A stretch of DNA of 64,000 nt from Candidatus Hodarchaeota archaeon (GCA_048886685.1 JBHLKM010000007.1:32001-96000), one strand, 5' to 3'. Counted from the stretch's first letter, positions 50,027 through 61,297 are shown. Translations and numbers: made by a program. Notes: generated by a model from the sequence alone, not told the origin.

Positions 50027-50722
50027 TTATTTGCTCTCCTCCTTTTTTTCTTCAATATTAGTATAATCTTTGTAGATATTACCATACCCTGGGCTTGTAG
50101 AAGTTCGAAAATCTCTCGGACCTCTATACTTCTTAAAGAGATCAAGCCTGTCAAATTCTTTTAGCCGCATCCAAATGCGTACCCAAGCGCAAGGAATCGT
50201 ATAACCTCCAACTTCACACATTCCTTCAACCATTCCTCCGCAAGGACCATTACTCAGATGCTTAGCACATCCTGCTCGAGGACAGACTCCCCCTGTTTCA
50301 CCAATTATACAGTCTCCACAAGTTTCACATAGTTCAATGTAATTATTTTGACTATTGTCTTGTACACCACCGAACATGCTATTTTGGGCAGGATAGGTTA
50401 AAATATTTGGAAGAACTTTATTCATCATTACTACACCAAGACCACATGCCAATGACACAATTGCTTCAAAATCTTCTACATAGGGACGGCATGTCGTAGC
50501 AACGATTCTATCATCACACTGTCTTAGAACTGTAATAGCTTTCCATTTTAGCTCTTTACCTTCAGTTTTTGCTTTTAATTCTAAAAGCTGTCCAAGTACT
50601 TTTGCTTCATTAAGTGATCGAGGAGGTTGACAGCATCCATCACAACCAGTAATTAAGATTTTATTGAATGGTTTTATGAGTTCATATATTTCGCTTATTT
50701 CTTTTTGTTGTGTAATTATCAT
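50027..50722 (-). CDS. metV: MetV (copy 2)
   Basis: GCDGCC, RQCD, CETCGDC...CPRAGCAKHLSNGPCGG. Confidence 0.9.
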   Translation of the reverse strand: MIITQQKEISEIYELIKPFNKILITGCDGCCQPPRSLNEAKVLGQLLELKAKTEGKELKWKAITVLRQCDDRIVATTCRPYVEDFEAIVSLACGLGVVMMNKVLPNILTYPAQNSMFGGVQDNSQNNYIELCETCGDCIIGETGGVCPRAGCAKHLSNGPCGGMVEGMCEVGGYTIPCAWVRIWMRLKEFDRLDLFKKYRGPRDFRTSTSPGYGNIYKDYTNIEEKKEESK

Positions 50723-50814
50723 ATTACAAAACTCCTTTTTTTCACATTTTTTAATTTTTTCTTTTCATTTTCATTTTATATTAGCTTTATTAGTGTTTAA
50801 AAAATTCACACATC

Positions 50815-51696
50815 TTAGGTTGTTAATTTATCAATTAACTTATTCGGTTTGACACTTCTTTTTTTCAGACTGAGATCTTGAAGATCCACTCCTAATGCAT
50901 ATGCCATAATTTCTGCTAAATACAAGACAGGAATATCTAAATCCTTTCCCGATTTACGTGAAATTATTTTTTCCTTTCTATCATATTGAGTAGTACAAGC
51001 AGGACACACAGCAATTAACGCATCAACTTCTTCTTCAAGTTCACATAATTCTGTCATTTTATCTTCAACCAATTTTTCACCAATTTCATCTTGTAATCTC
51101 GCGCAATAACCACAACATTCTAATTTGTTCGCAAACTCGATTGTTTTAGCTCCAAGTGCCTGGAGTATGATATCAATTTTTTGAGGTTTCTCTGGGTGAT
51201 CAAACTGCATAATCTTACTAGGCCTTACAAGATGGCACCCATAATGTACGGCAAGATTCAAATCATCTAAAGGGTTTACCAAAATATTCTTCATTTTTTC
51301 TAACCATTCTGGTTGGCTGAATAATTCAACAAAATGAAATACTTTCGTTTTCCCGGTGTATTTGTAATTAATTTTCTTTAGTATTTCATTAATTTTTGCT
51401 AAATATTCCTGATCTTCTTCCAATAACACACTTACTGTCTTTAACGTCTCATAACAACCAGAGCAGATTGTCATAATATTTAAACCCATTTTCTCGGCAA
51501 TTGCTAAATTTCTTGCGCCCAAGGTCATCCAAGTATCTATATTTAAAGATTGTAAAGATACTGGTTCAGGACAGCAACTTACTCCTTCCATTTCCTTTAA
51601 TTTTACGTTTAGAATGCTTGCAACATCTCTAAAAGCTTTCTCTAAATGAGGCAGCTTTAAAGGTATTGTACATCCCAAAAATAGTGCATATTCCAT
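50815..51696 (-). CDS. hdrB: Heterodisulfide reductase subunit B
   Basis: FLGC, SCCP, CSGC, HYGCH, ECCG, CPACTTQYD (two CCG domains). Confidence 0.93.
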   Translation of the reverse strand: MEYALFLGCTIPLKLPHLEKAFRDVASILNVKLKEMEGVSCCPEPVSLQSLNIDTWMTLGARNLAIAEKMGLNIMTICSGCYETLKTVSVLLEEDQEYLAKINEILKKINYKYTGKTKVFHFVELFSQPEWLEKMKNILVNPLDDLNLAVHYGCHLVRPSKIMQFDHPEKPQKIDIILQALGAKTIEFANKLECCGYCARLQDEIGEKLVEDKMTELCELEEEVDALIAVCPACTTQYDRKEKIISRKSGKDLDIPVLYLAEIMAYALGVDLQDLSLKKRSVKPNKLIDKLTT

Positions 51697-51699
51697 TTT

Positions 51700-52236
51700 T
51701 TAATCACCTTCTCCTTGTTTTGCGAGATCTCCCAATCCCGTTTCTTCTATAATAAACCTTATTTCGTCTAGATCAGGGGGTATGAGTTCTGGTAACCCCA
51801 TTCTAGTCCGTCTTCTATCAATATTAACTTTTAATCCCCCAGTATATGGTACTACATATCCATTATTATATATTGTTACTACTGTCCCAGAGTATTCTTC
51901 GGGAATCTTACCTTCTTTAACTGCCATATTTCGTAAGAGAGCAAGAATAAATGAATAATCAACATTTTTAGGACAACGTTCAGTGCATCTATGACATAAA
52001 GAACACGTCCAAATTGCCTGGCTTGAAAGCACTTCTTCTTTTAAGCCTAAAAGACATGAGGCAACAACTCTATGGGGTTGCATATCTACATATTCTGTCA
52101 CAGTACACCCTGAGCTACATACTCCACATTGTATGCAGTTAAGAAGTGATTTAGCTCCAACTCTTTTACTAATTTCATAGCGAAAATCGTGATCTAAATT
52201 TTTAGCCTCTTTCTTAATCATTTCTACCATATTCAT
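51700..52236 (-). CDS. hdrC: Heterodisulfide reductase subunit C
   Basis: CIQCGVCSSGC and CSLCHRCTERCP. Confidence 0.93.
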   Translation of the reverse strand: MNMVEMIKKEAKNLDHDFRYEISKRVGAKSLLNCIQCGVCSSGCTVTEYVDMQPHRVVASCLLGLKEEVLSSQAIWTCSLCHRCTERCPKNVDYSFILALLRNMAVKEGKIPEEYSGTVVTIYNNGYVVPYTGGLKVNIDRRRTRMGLPELIPPDLDEIRFIIEETGLGDLAKQGEGD

Positions 52237-55200
52237 GCACCCTCCTTAGCTTTTTCTTTTTTTTCAATTTTATCACCCGTTTTAGGGAGAGGTCCTAACT
52301 CTTTAATTGTATTAACAAATTCAGTAACAACTTGAGAAAATCGTTTTCCTTCTGATGCGCTTACCCATTCAAGACGATATCTATCAGAATTGATCCCAAC
52401 ATCTTCAAGAATATCTTTAAGCTCATTATAGCGTTGAAGCATATCATAATTACCTTCTAAATAATGACAATCACCAATATGACATCCTCCAACAAAAACA
52501 CCATCAGCACCTTCCAAAAATGCTTGTAAAATAAAACTTTTTGGTATTCTCCCTGTACACATTACTCTTATTGGTCGAACATTTGTGGGGTATTGGAAAC
52601 GACTTACCCCACAAGTATCAGCTCCTGCATAACTGCACCAATTACATAAGAAAGCTACAATTCTTGGTCTCTCATCTACGTACGCACCTTTAACAGCCTC
52701 ACGTATCATTGGATAGATTTGATTATCTGCAAAATGACTCATCGTTATCGCTCCAGCTGGACAAGCTGCTGAACAATCTCCGCACCCTTTACATAAGAGT
52801 GGATTAGATTCTGATACCAATACATCATTATCAAAATTAACTCCTATTGCACCGAAATTACATACCTCTTCACATTTTTGGCATGCAATACACAAAGCAG
52901 GATCTACAATTGAAACCAGTGGCTCATTTTCCACTTCACCTGAGATCAAAGGGATCAAAGCATGAGCTGCAGCACCACGTCCCTGTGAAATTGAATCTGC
53001 AATTCCTTTGGGACCATGACATGTCCCTGCTAGGTATATACCGTCAGTCGAAAAGTCTACTGGCCTTAATTTGATATGGGCTTCTAAGAAAAATCCGTTT
53101 TGATCCCGGGCACATTTTATCATTTCTCCTAATTGTTGAGTATCGTGGGGTATTAAAGGTGTAGATAAAACTACTTTATCTGCTTCGATAATAAGGTCAG
53201 TTTGAGTTAAAATATCTTTGACGTTAACATTTAACTTATTATTATTAAGATCGACAGTAGGATATTCATTAAACCGTAAATAGTTAACATTCTCACGCGC
53301 CTTCCAATAATATGGTTCTTCATCTGTGCCTACTCTAATGTCTCTATACAAGACGTATATAGTGGAGTTAGGGTATGTTTCTCTTACATATAAAGCATGT
53401 CTAATCGATTCTGAACAGCAAATTAATGAGCAATAGGTAACCCCATTTCCATCCTCAGGTTGTCTGGATCCTACACAATGGATAAAAACAAGGGTTTCTC
53501 CATCCTTTAGTTCATTATTCCTAAGTTTTTCAGATAATTCAAGTTGAGTCATTACATTGTTGTTTTCACCGTAATGATACCACCCGTGAGGTTTATATTC
53601 ATAAGCACCTGTGGCAGTAATGATTGTACCCACATTCAAATTGATGTCTTTCTCCCCAGCTTTATCCTTGACTTTAACTTTGAAATCTCCGATAGAACCT
53701 TTTACATCAATAACTTCTGAATTTAAATAGAGGATTATATTTTTTTGATTATTAAATTCTTTTAATTTTGTATCTAAGAATTTCTTTGAATCAATTCTAT
53801 CGAAATTAATTTTGTAAATCAAGTTTAATTGTCCTCCTAACTTATCATCTTTTTCCACTAAATGAACTTTAAATCCCTTATTTGCGATTTCCATCGCTGC
53901 ACTCATTCCAGCGATTCCCCCTCCAACCACTAAAGATTCACGTACAACATCACCCTTGATTTTTAATTCCGCTTTTTGAGCAGCTACGCGTGCTACACCC
54001 ATTCTAATAAGGTCTTTTGCTTTATCGGTTGCTTTAGGATTATCATTCATGTGTACCCATGAATCTAATTCCCTAATACTAACGAAATTAAACAAATATT
54101 CGTTTAAACCTGCTTCTCTAATAGTTTTTTGGAATAAAGGTTCATGGGTTCTCGGTGTACAAGCTGCAACAACAACTCTATTTAAATTTAACTCTTCAAT
54201 TTTTTCTTTTATAATATCTTGAGTTAATTGTGAGCAACTATATTTATTTTCCATTGAATATACTACATTTGGGAGAGTTTTTGCATATTCTACCAATGTT
54301 GGAACATCCATATATCCAGCAATGTTGATGCCACAACGACAGATGAATACTCCAATACGAGGTTCATCTTTCGGATTAACAGGTTTAAGAGGGGGAAGTT
54401 CTATTTTTGCTTCTTCGGCGCTTAATGGAATAGCATGAGTAGCAGCCAATGCTGCAGCTCCTCCTGCTTTTGCCACTGAATTAGCAATATCATCAGGAGA
54501 TTGGCATGAACCAGTCACATAAACTCCCTCTCTAGTAGAACGCAGATCTTCTGTGGAATCTTTAGTTTTGAAAAAACCAAACTCATTTTGTTCAATACCT
54601 AATATCGTTGCCAATTGTTCAGCATCTTTTCTAGGGATAATTGCATTTGCAAGTACAACTAAATCAAACTCACTAATTTCAACATCACCAGTATCAAGGT
54701 TCGCATGCTTTACATAAAGATTATGGTTTTCAGGATTTTCGCGGATATCTCCAGGAATCCCTCTGTAATAGATAAGACCATATTCTTTTTTAGCTCTTTC
54801 AATAAATTCTTCTTGGTTTTTTCCGATTACCCTACTATCATTAAAGAAAATAGTGACATTAGTGTCCGGAGAATGTTCTCTAGTGATAACACCTTCTTTT
54901 GTTTGATACATACAACAAAATTTTGAACAGTATGAACATAAATCCAAGTTTCTAGACCCCACGCAACTAATAAAACCTATATTATACGCATGTTCTTTAT
55001 CTGAGGGTCTTAGTAATTCACCCTCAGTTGGACCGGAGGCACTCAACAATCGTTCATATTGCATTGCAGTAATAACATTCGGATATTCTCCATAATGATA
55101 ACGATCAAGAACACTTGGATCTAACTGATCATACCCTGTTGCTACTATTATGGATGCAACATTATAATCTACGATTTCATCCTTATCATCCCAATTGATT

Positions 55201-55718
55201 GCTCCAGCTTCACATTCTTTTTCACATAATTTACATGCATTTTTAGTTAAGTAAAGGCATTTTTCTGCATCAATAACTGCTTTTCGCGGAACTGCTTGAG
55301 GAAATGGGATATAGATAGCAGTTCTATTACTCATCTCCTCTTCAAATTCAGATGGGATTTTTTTCATTGGACATTTCTCAGAACACGCTCCACATCCAGT
55401 ACAAGCATCCCAAGATACATATTTAGCTTTCTTTTTAATTTTAACATTAAAATTCCCCACTTCACCTGACAACTCTTGTACTTCTGAGTAAGCAAGAAGC
55501 TCAACATTAGGATGTCTAGATACTTCTACCATTTTAGGAGCAAGAATACATATACTACAATCCAAAGTTGGAAATGTTTTATCTAGTTGTGCCATTCTAC
55601 CTCCAACAGAAGAAGATTTTTCAACCAGAATAACGTGATATCCTTGATCACCAAGAGACAATGCTGCTTCGATTCCACTAATACCAGCACCAATAATTAA
55701 TACATTATTACGTGTCAT
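52233..55718 (-). CDS. hdrA: Long two-FAD-module HdrA with a C-terminal MvhD fusion
   Basis: GAGISG...AQLDKTFPTLDCSIC; ferredoxin motifs; internal GVFICRCG/ACTPRTHE; second GGGIAG; C-terminal FLCNWCSYAGAD...VMCTGR...GCHIGDCHY. Confidence 0.93.
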   Translation of the reverse strand: MTRNNVLIIGAGISGIEAALSLGDQGYHVILVEKSSSVGGRMAQLDKTFPTLDCSICILAPKMVEVSRHPNVELLAYSEVQELSGEVGNFNVKIKKKAKYVSWDACTGCGACSEKCPMKKIPSEFEEEMSNRTAIYIPFPQAVPRKAVIDAEKCLYLTKNACKLCEKECEAGAINWDDKDEIVDYNVASIIVATGYDQLDPSVLDRYHYGEYPNVITAMQYERLLSASGPTEGELLRPSDKEHAYNIGFISCVGSRNLDLCSYCSKFCCMYQTKEGVITREHSPDTNVTIFFNDSRVIGKNQEEFIERAKKEYGLIYYRGIPGDIRENPENHNLYVKHANLDTGDVEISEFDLVVLANAIIPRKDAEQLATILGIEQNEFGFFKTKDSTEDLRSTREGVYVTGSCQSPDDIANSVAKAGGAAALAATHAIPLSAEEAKIELPPLKPVNPKDEPRIGVFICRCGINIAGYMDVPTLVEYAKTLPNVVYSMENKYSCSQLTQDIIKEKIEELNLNRVVVAACTPRTHEPLFQKTIREAGLNEYLFNFVSIRELDSWVHMNDNPKATDKAKDLIRMGVARVAAQKAELKIKGDVVRESLVVGGGIAGMSAAMEIANKGFKVHLVEKDDKLGGQLNLIYKINFDRIDSKKFLDTKLKEFNNQKNIILYLNSEVIDVKGSIGDFKVKVKDKAGEKDINLNVGTIITATGAYEYKPHGWYHYGENNNVMTQLELSEKLRNNELKDGETLVFIHCVGSRQPEDGNGVTYCSLICCSESIRHALYVRETYPNSTIYVLYRDIRVGTDEEPYYWKARENVNYLRFNEYPTVDLNNNKLNVNVKDILTQTDLIIEADKVVLSTPLIPHDTQQLGEMIKCARDQNGFFLEAHIKLRPVDFSTDGIYLAGTCHGPKGIADSISQGRGAAAHALIPLISGEVENEPLVSIVDPALCIACQKCEEVCNFGAIGVNFDNDVLVSESNPLLCKGCGDCSAACPAGAITMSHFADNQIYPMIREAVKGAYVDERPRIVAFLCNWCSYAGADTCGVSRFQYPTNVRPIRVMCTGRIPKSFILQAFLEGADGVFVGGCHIGDCHYLEGNYDMLQRYNELKDILEDVGINSDRYRLEWVSASEGKRFSQVVTEFVNTIKELGPLPKTGDKIEKKEKAKEGA

Positions 55719-56265
55719 TTTTCTTCAATTTTTAGCTTTAAATTATCTAAAAAAATCTATTTGTAAAAAATATTCTAATCAATTTGAAAATTTCTCTTTA
55801 TTCCGAAAAGACTAGACTTTTTAATTATTTTATTTAACAGATTTCTATATAAAACTTTTTATTATCGACTAATTTTGACACTATATTATTGATTTCTTTA
55901 GGAAAAAGTGATTTATCGATCAATTTATTCTGAAAATCTTATTGATTTTGCCAATTCTATTAAAATCATAAAATCATAAAACTGTCAAAAACATGCTAGA
56001 AAAGTAGACTTTTCTGTCAAATAATAGGAAGATAAATTAACTAAATAGGAAAAGATCTCTCTCAAAACCAATTAGATATTATTTTGTATAAAGAAAAGAT
56101 CCTCTTAATTATATAAGTAAAATTGATAAGAAAATGAAGATTCTAATAATTAAACTACAAATTAGTTATTATCTCTGTAATAAAAATTTATAATTATAGA
56201 TATTACATCCTTTTATATAAGAAAAATCTAAGTTAAAATTGCATTATTAAATATTTGGTGATCGT

Positions 56266-56946
56266 TTGAAAATCGTTGTCTCTGGCCCATTACAATCAGG
56301 AAAATCAAGTTATATAAAGGCTCTAGATGAAAATGCACTGAATGTCGAAGCAAAAGGCAAGGATGATAAATATTATACAGTTGGGATGGATTTAGGGTCA
56401 GTTAAGTTAAATGGTTTTGATTGTTATCTATTCGGTACACCGGGACTTCTTAGATTCTCAATTATGAGAAGTATAGTGATGCAAGGGAGTGATGGCATTA
56501 TTTTTCTTTTTGACGCTGTCGCTCCTGAAAAAGATGATAGTGCAATTATGATATTAAACTCCATTAGAAAATTATTACCTTCCAATGTTCCCATAGTTTT
56601 CTTAGCTAATAAACAAGATATTGAAGGTGCTCGGCCTCCGGAAGTGATCCGTGAGCAAAATTATCTACCTGAGAATACTAAAATCTTTCCAACAAGTACA
56701 AAAACAGGATTAAACATAAAAGAAGCAATAACACATTTAGTTAATATAATATATGAAGAGTATTCCTCACTTCTACAGATATTAAAAGTGTATGAAAAAG
56801 ATATTCAGGGATTAGGAGAGGAACTTAAGAAAGATCGTGCTGAAATGAGGGATTTTCTTAACAATCTTGAAATTAAGAGATTCATTGAGGTAGATAGGGT
56901 TAATAAAACCTATAAAGTAAGAAGTGGATTAAAATATTTAGTCTAA
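56266..56946 (+). CDS. Small GTPase (Arf/MglA-related) with a C-terminal winged-helix-like extension
   Basis: SGPLQSGKS, TVGMDLG, FGTPG, NKQD, STKTG. Confidence 0.88.
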   Translation: MKIVVSGPLQSGKSSYIKALDENALNVEAKGKDDKYYTVGMDLGSVKLNGFDCYLFGTPGLLRFSIMRSIVMQGSDGIIFLFDAVAPEKDDSAIMILNSIRKLLPSNVPIVFLANKQDIEGARPPEVIREQNYLPENTKIFPTSTKTGLNIKEAITHLVNIIYEEYSSLLQILKVYEKDIQGLGEELKKDRAEMRDFLNNLEIKRFIEVDRVNKTYKVRSGLKYLV

Positions 56947-56961
56947 TTAGATTAGTATAAC

Positions 56962-58839
56962 TTACGCTTTCTTTAATAGTAAAGGTGAAACTTCTTCAAT
57001 ATTATATTCATTATTCAGACTTATCAAGCTTTTTCTCTGACCATTAAGGATATCCCAGAAAAATTGTGGAACATCTTTTTCTTTTTTATACATGGATTCA
57101 ATGCGATCTAATTTTTCTAATATTTTTTTAGTACGAATAGAAAATTGTTTAATATAATCTGGTTCTGAATAATCTATAGCAAGGTATTGCTTAAATAAAG
57201 TTTTTAAATCTGTATATATAGGTATATAGCCAATAGGTGTCCTTATAGCCTCAAAATCATATTGAGATCGACCTTCTGCCCAGATTACCCAGCAAAGTTT
57301 ATCTAACATTCCATTTAAATACTTTCCATCTTTATCTTTAAGGAAGTAGTTAGTTGCAAACACTTTTGGGCAATTTTCTAGCATTTTACCAAAATCTAAA
57401 TGATTTTTGAGATATTTTCCCAAACTGACTACTATAAAATCTAAATTTGCGTTAGGCTGTTGTGTTCTTACACCTTCAGCACCTAATGTAGCTGAGGTTG
57501 TTTCTGATTCAATCGAGGCTCCCAAGAAAATTCCGTGTTCCCAATTTAGGCTTTCAATGATAGGAGGCATTGTGTCACTGTCCCGTCCACCATAGAATAT
57601 TCCAGATATAGGAACGCCATTTGGATTATGTAGATTTTCATCAGCATTACTTAATTCTTCAATCGCAATTGTATATCGAGCATTCGGATGTGCATGTGGA
57701 ATTTCTTTTCCATCAGTATCTTTTTTACCAATATACCAATCACCTGAAAAATTAAATCCCTTTGTAGGAACTTCTCTTCCATCACCAATCCAATAGGGTG
57801 TTCTCTCAGTTACTAAAACATTACTAAATATTGTCTCTCTAGGTGTTGTTATTGCTTCAAAAATAACAGGATCATCTTCTGGATTAACATCTTTTATTAT
57901 ACCAAAAATTCCTCTCTCAATATTGACAGCATGTGCATATCCATCATTCAAAACTCGCAAATAGGCAATATCATCACCCACTATAGTCTGACCAGGTAAC
58001 ATAGCTGTACTAGTCTTTCCACAAGCACTAGGGAAGGCGCCACAGAAATATGAAACTCTATTCTTTCCTTTCGGGTGTACGCCTAGAATAAAATAGTGTT
58101 CTGCTAACCAATCCTCATTATTGGATTTATAAATTGCTAATCTTAAAGCTAACTTTTTTAGTCCAAGACTGTTTCCCGCGTATTGATTATTAACAGATAA
58201 TACACGTCCTTCTTGTAGATCCACATAAATTCTTCTCTTACTCAGGTTTTTTGTTACTGGTGGATCTCCAATTAATTCTCCGGAGGAATGAATAAAATAG
58301 AAGAAATCTTCAGATCCGTTCAATTTTTTGAATTCTTCATAACCTGCTCTATAGAGGAGATCTTCTGAATGAGCTACGTAAAATGAATCTGTAAGCTGAA
58401 GGGCAAGGATTGAGAATTTTGAATTTTTAGGGCCTAAACAAAAAAATCGCACTACACATTCGTGACCTTCCATACATCCTTTCATAACTTCTAAAATTTC
58501 TTTGAGTCCCTCTTCTCTCTCAATAGTATTTATGGCAGGAGGGTGATATTGACCTTTAGGGATTAGTACTTTCGTATTTTTCTTGTCTCTTGCTTGATCA
58601 TGATTTGACATTGAAAAGAAACCATCAAAATGGATAGTATGACCATTTATCTCTAATTCTTCTTCTTCGCCAATTTCAATCGCTCTTTGTCTGCAATATG
58701 CAATATCATCAATTGAATCTGTTATTACTGTAACCTTAGAAGGTCTACACAATTCGACAAATTCATTTATGATCTTTATAACCTTTTCATTATTTAGTGC
58801 TTTTAATTTGTCAAAATTTTCTTTATCAATGATCTCCAT
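56962..58839 (-). CDS. pckG: Phosphoenolpyruvate carboxykinase (GTP)
   Basis: DQAR, YAGNSLGLKK, AFPSACGKTS, VGDDIA, HPNARY. Confidence 0.95.
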   Translation of the reverse strand: MEIIDKENFDKLKALNNEKVIKIINEFVELCRPSKVTVITDSIDDIAYCRQRAIEIGEEEELEINGHTIHFDGFFSMSNHDQARDKKNTKVLIPKGQYHPPAINTIEREEGLKEILEVMKGCMEGHECVVRFFCLGPKNSKFSILALQLTDSFYVAHSEDLLYRAGYEEFKKLNGSEDFFYFIHSSGELIGDPPVTKNLSKRRIYVDLQEGRVLSVNNQYAGNSLGLKKLALRLAIYKSNNEDWLAEHYFILGVHPKGKNRVSYFCGAFPSACGKTSTAMLPGQTIVGDDIAYLRVLNDGYAHAVNIERGIFGIIKDVNPEDDPVIFEAITTPRETIFSNVLVTERTPYWIGDGREVPTKGFNFSGDWYIGKKDTDGKEIPHAHPNARYTIAIEELSNADENLHNPNGVPISGIFYGGRDSDTMPPIIESLNWEHGIFLGASIESETTSATLGAEGVRTQQPNANLDFIVVSLGKYLKNHLDFGKMLENCPKVFATNYFLKDKDGKYLNGMLDKLCWVIWAEGRSQYDFEAIRTPIGYIPIYTDLKTLFKQYLAIDYSEPDYIKQFSIRTKKILEKLDRIESMYKKEKDVPQFFWDILNGQRKSLISLNNEYNIEEVSPLLLKKA

Positions 58840-59056
58840 TATGAAAACAGTATTAATGTTAATGTTTATTGATATCTATTAGTGTATAATGTGTTATATG
58901 AAAAATTGGTAACTATATTAACTTTATCTAAGCTTACATAATAGTTTACATTAAATAAGATGATCTTAGTTAAAAATTATCCTGAGATTGTTAAATCTAT
59001 AATTTTATGTAGATTAAATAAAGAAAAAAAAGAAAATAAAGAAAAATAATCTAATA

Positions 59057-60646
59057 TTACATTCCGCCTTCTTTCGAGCCTTTTGCACTAATGATTCGAT
59101 CAATCCGTAAAATCAAATTTGCTAATTCGCTTCCAGATTTGATAATGTGGTTGATCAACTCAGCGGGTTCAACAATTCCTTTTTTGAAATTGTCCGAAAT
59201 TTCATTAGTTATCGTGTCAATACCAATCCATTTATCAGCATCCGTTTTATGCGCTGCTCTTAATTCAGTCAGTTTTTCAATCTCTTCTAAACCCGCATTT
59301 CTAATCAAGGTTTTTGGGATTTCTTCAAGCGCAAGAGCAAATGCATTTACAGCAAGCTGTTCTTTTCCGCCAATTTCATTAGCATAAGCTCGAATTAGTT
59401 TAGCCAGTTCCATGTAAATTGCCCCACCGCCAGCGACGACTATTCTTCCATCCATTATCTTACTAATCACGCATAACACATCATGCAAAGACACCTCAGC
59501 AGTGCTTAAGATCTTATCAAGTCCACCTTTAAGAAGAATAGACACAGATTTTGGATTTTTACAACCTGAAAATAATGTATATTCATCGTCGCCTAGTTTC
59601 TCAAAATTTACTTTTTCAGCAAACCCCATATCATCCTCTGAGAGTGAAGTTAAATCGTCAACAAGTTTTGCACCAACAGCTTTTAAGATAGATTTATAAT
59701 CACTTTCACCAACATTCTTAATAGCAGCAATTCCTTCTTTAGCCAAAAAAGCACCAAATTTATCAGAGATATCACTACTGTTTACAACCATGTTAACTCC
59801 TAAATCTTTGAAAATCTTCAGGTAATCTAACAAAATTTTCTCCTCTTGGTCAAGAAATCTTTGGATTTCTGTTGGACTAGAAATTCGAACTTGGGCATCA
59901 AATTCAGTCTTTTTCACGTCGAGTTTCTTTCTAATTACAGCTATCTTCGCATCTCTTACAACTGCAGGCATCATAGCATTGACTTTTTCTTTCTGAATGT
60001 AAACCCCATTAATTAACTCACTGTCTTTTAATGATTTCCCGGGAGCTTTTACGATTTTTACATTTGCTATTTTACCGAATGTATTCCCCTCATCATCTGC
60101 TATTTGTTTTACAGCTTTTAAAGCCAATTCCGCAAAAAATTCTTTTAAAGGCGAGATATCTTTTGCATTCATAGCAGTCTTTGCTGCATTAATGAGGATT
60201 TCATCATTATCCTTGGAAATTGTCTCTGCGATTTCTTTAATAATTTCAAGTGATTTATCTGCTGCTAGTTTATATCCATGAGTAATCGGTTTTGGATGAA
60301 TATCTTGTTCAATTAAATCTAATGCATTATTTAATAGAGTGGCGGAAAAAATTACAGCAGAAGTAGTTCCATCTCCTATATCATCATCAATCGACTTAGC
60401 TACATTGACCATCATATTAGCTGCAATATTTTCAATATCTAAATTCTTAAGGATTTCAGCACCATCATTAGTAATAGTAACATCACCCATAGAATCGACG
60501 AGCATTTTTGACATACCTTTAGGGCCAAGTGTAGATCGTATAGACTCAGCAATAGCAACCATCGCCGAAATATTTTGTTTTCGAGCTTCCTTTTCACGAA
60601 CTTCTTCTGTCCCCTCTTTAAGTATAATAATTGGAACGCCTGACAT
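59057..60646 (-). CDS. Thermosome (group II chaperonin) subunit
   Basis: STLGPKGMSKML, TNDGA, GDGTTS, VAGGGA. Confidence 0.96.
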   Translation of the reverse strand: MSGVPIIILKEGTEEVREKEARKQNISAMVAIAESIRSTLGPKGMSKMLVDSMGDVTITNDGAEILKNLDIENIAANMMVNVAKSIDDDIGDGTTSAVIFSATLLNNALDLIEQDIHPKPITHGYKLAADKSLEIIKEIAETISKDNDEILINAAKTAMNAKDISPLKEFFAELALKAVKQIADDEGNTFGKIANVKIVKAPGKSLKDSELINGVYIQKEKVNAMMPAVVRDAKIAVIRKKLDVKKTEFDAQVRISSPTEIQRFLDQEEKILLDYLKIFKDLGVNMVVNSSDISDKFGAFLAKEGIAAIKNVGESDYKSILKAVGAKLVDDLTSLSEDDMGFAEKVNFEKLGDDEYTLFSGCKNPKSVSILLKGGLDKILSTAEVSLHDVLCVISKIMDGRIVVAGGGAIYMELAKLIRAYANEIGGKEQLAVNAFALALEEIPKTLIRNAGLEEIEKLTELRAAHKTDADKWIGIDTITNEISDNFKKGIVEPAELINHIIKSGSELANLILRIDRIISAKGSKEGGM

Positions 60647-60811
60647 ATTTTTTCACGTTTTTATGTGTTTTTGAATTTAAAATATAATTTGTTTATAATT
60701 ATTTATAAAGATCTCTAAGTCATAAAATTAAAAAAAGTTTACTTTTTTTAAAGTAAAAGAGGTAGAATATGAGATTGATTCCTAATTGTCATTTATACGG
60801 GAAAATAAAAA

Positions 60812-61297
60812 TTACCCTTCTTTTAAGCCCCCAATATCGACAAACGCCGAGTTTTTGTACTCTTTTAAAATCATATTAGAATTTGTGCGGGTTATATATT
60901 GTTTTTTATTCAGTTCCCGAATGAATTTATGTACATCTTCGCTATCTTTGAATCTACAAATTAATGCTGCGGATTGTTCCCCTGTTGTATGGAATACAGA
61001 ACAAACTTCAGGTACTGAAGCAATATCATTCAAGATTTCTTCAGTAAACTTACCATCACAATTGATCCTTATTAAAAAAGATAATTTATACCCAAGTTTA
61101 ACATTATTAAGCCGAAGGGTGTAGCCCTCTATAATGCCATTATCTCTTAGTTTAGAAATTCTATTATGTATAGTACCAATCGAGATACCAAGTCTGTCTT
61201 GAATCTCTCTATAGCTTGTACGAGCATCATCTTGAAGAATTCTTAGAATATTTTTATCAATATCATCGAGTGCTTTTTCTTTTTTCATAAAGAACAA
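60812..61297 (-). CDS. Lrp/AsnC family regulator
   Basis: LDDIDKNILRILQDDARTSY...GTIHNRISKL...GIIEGY. Confidence 0.93.
   Translation of the reverse strand: MFFMKKEKALDDIDKNILRILQDDARTSYREIQDRLGISIGTIHNRISKLRDNGIIEGYTLRLNNVKLGYKLSFLIRINCDGKFTEEILNDIASVPEVCSVFHTTGEQSAALICRFKDSEDVHKFIRELNKKQYITRTNSNMILKEYKNSAFVDIGGLKEG

Noticed and set aside
52233-55718. Selenocysteine in HdrA/MvhD
   Set aside because: The ORF is uninterrupted and the relevant positions are Cys (DCSIC, CNWC, GCHIGDC).
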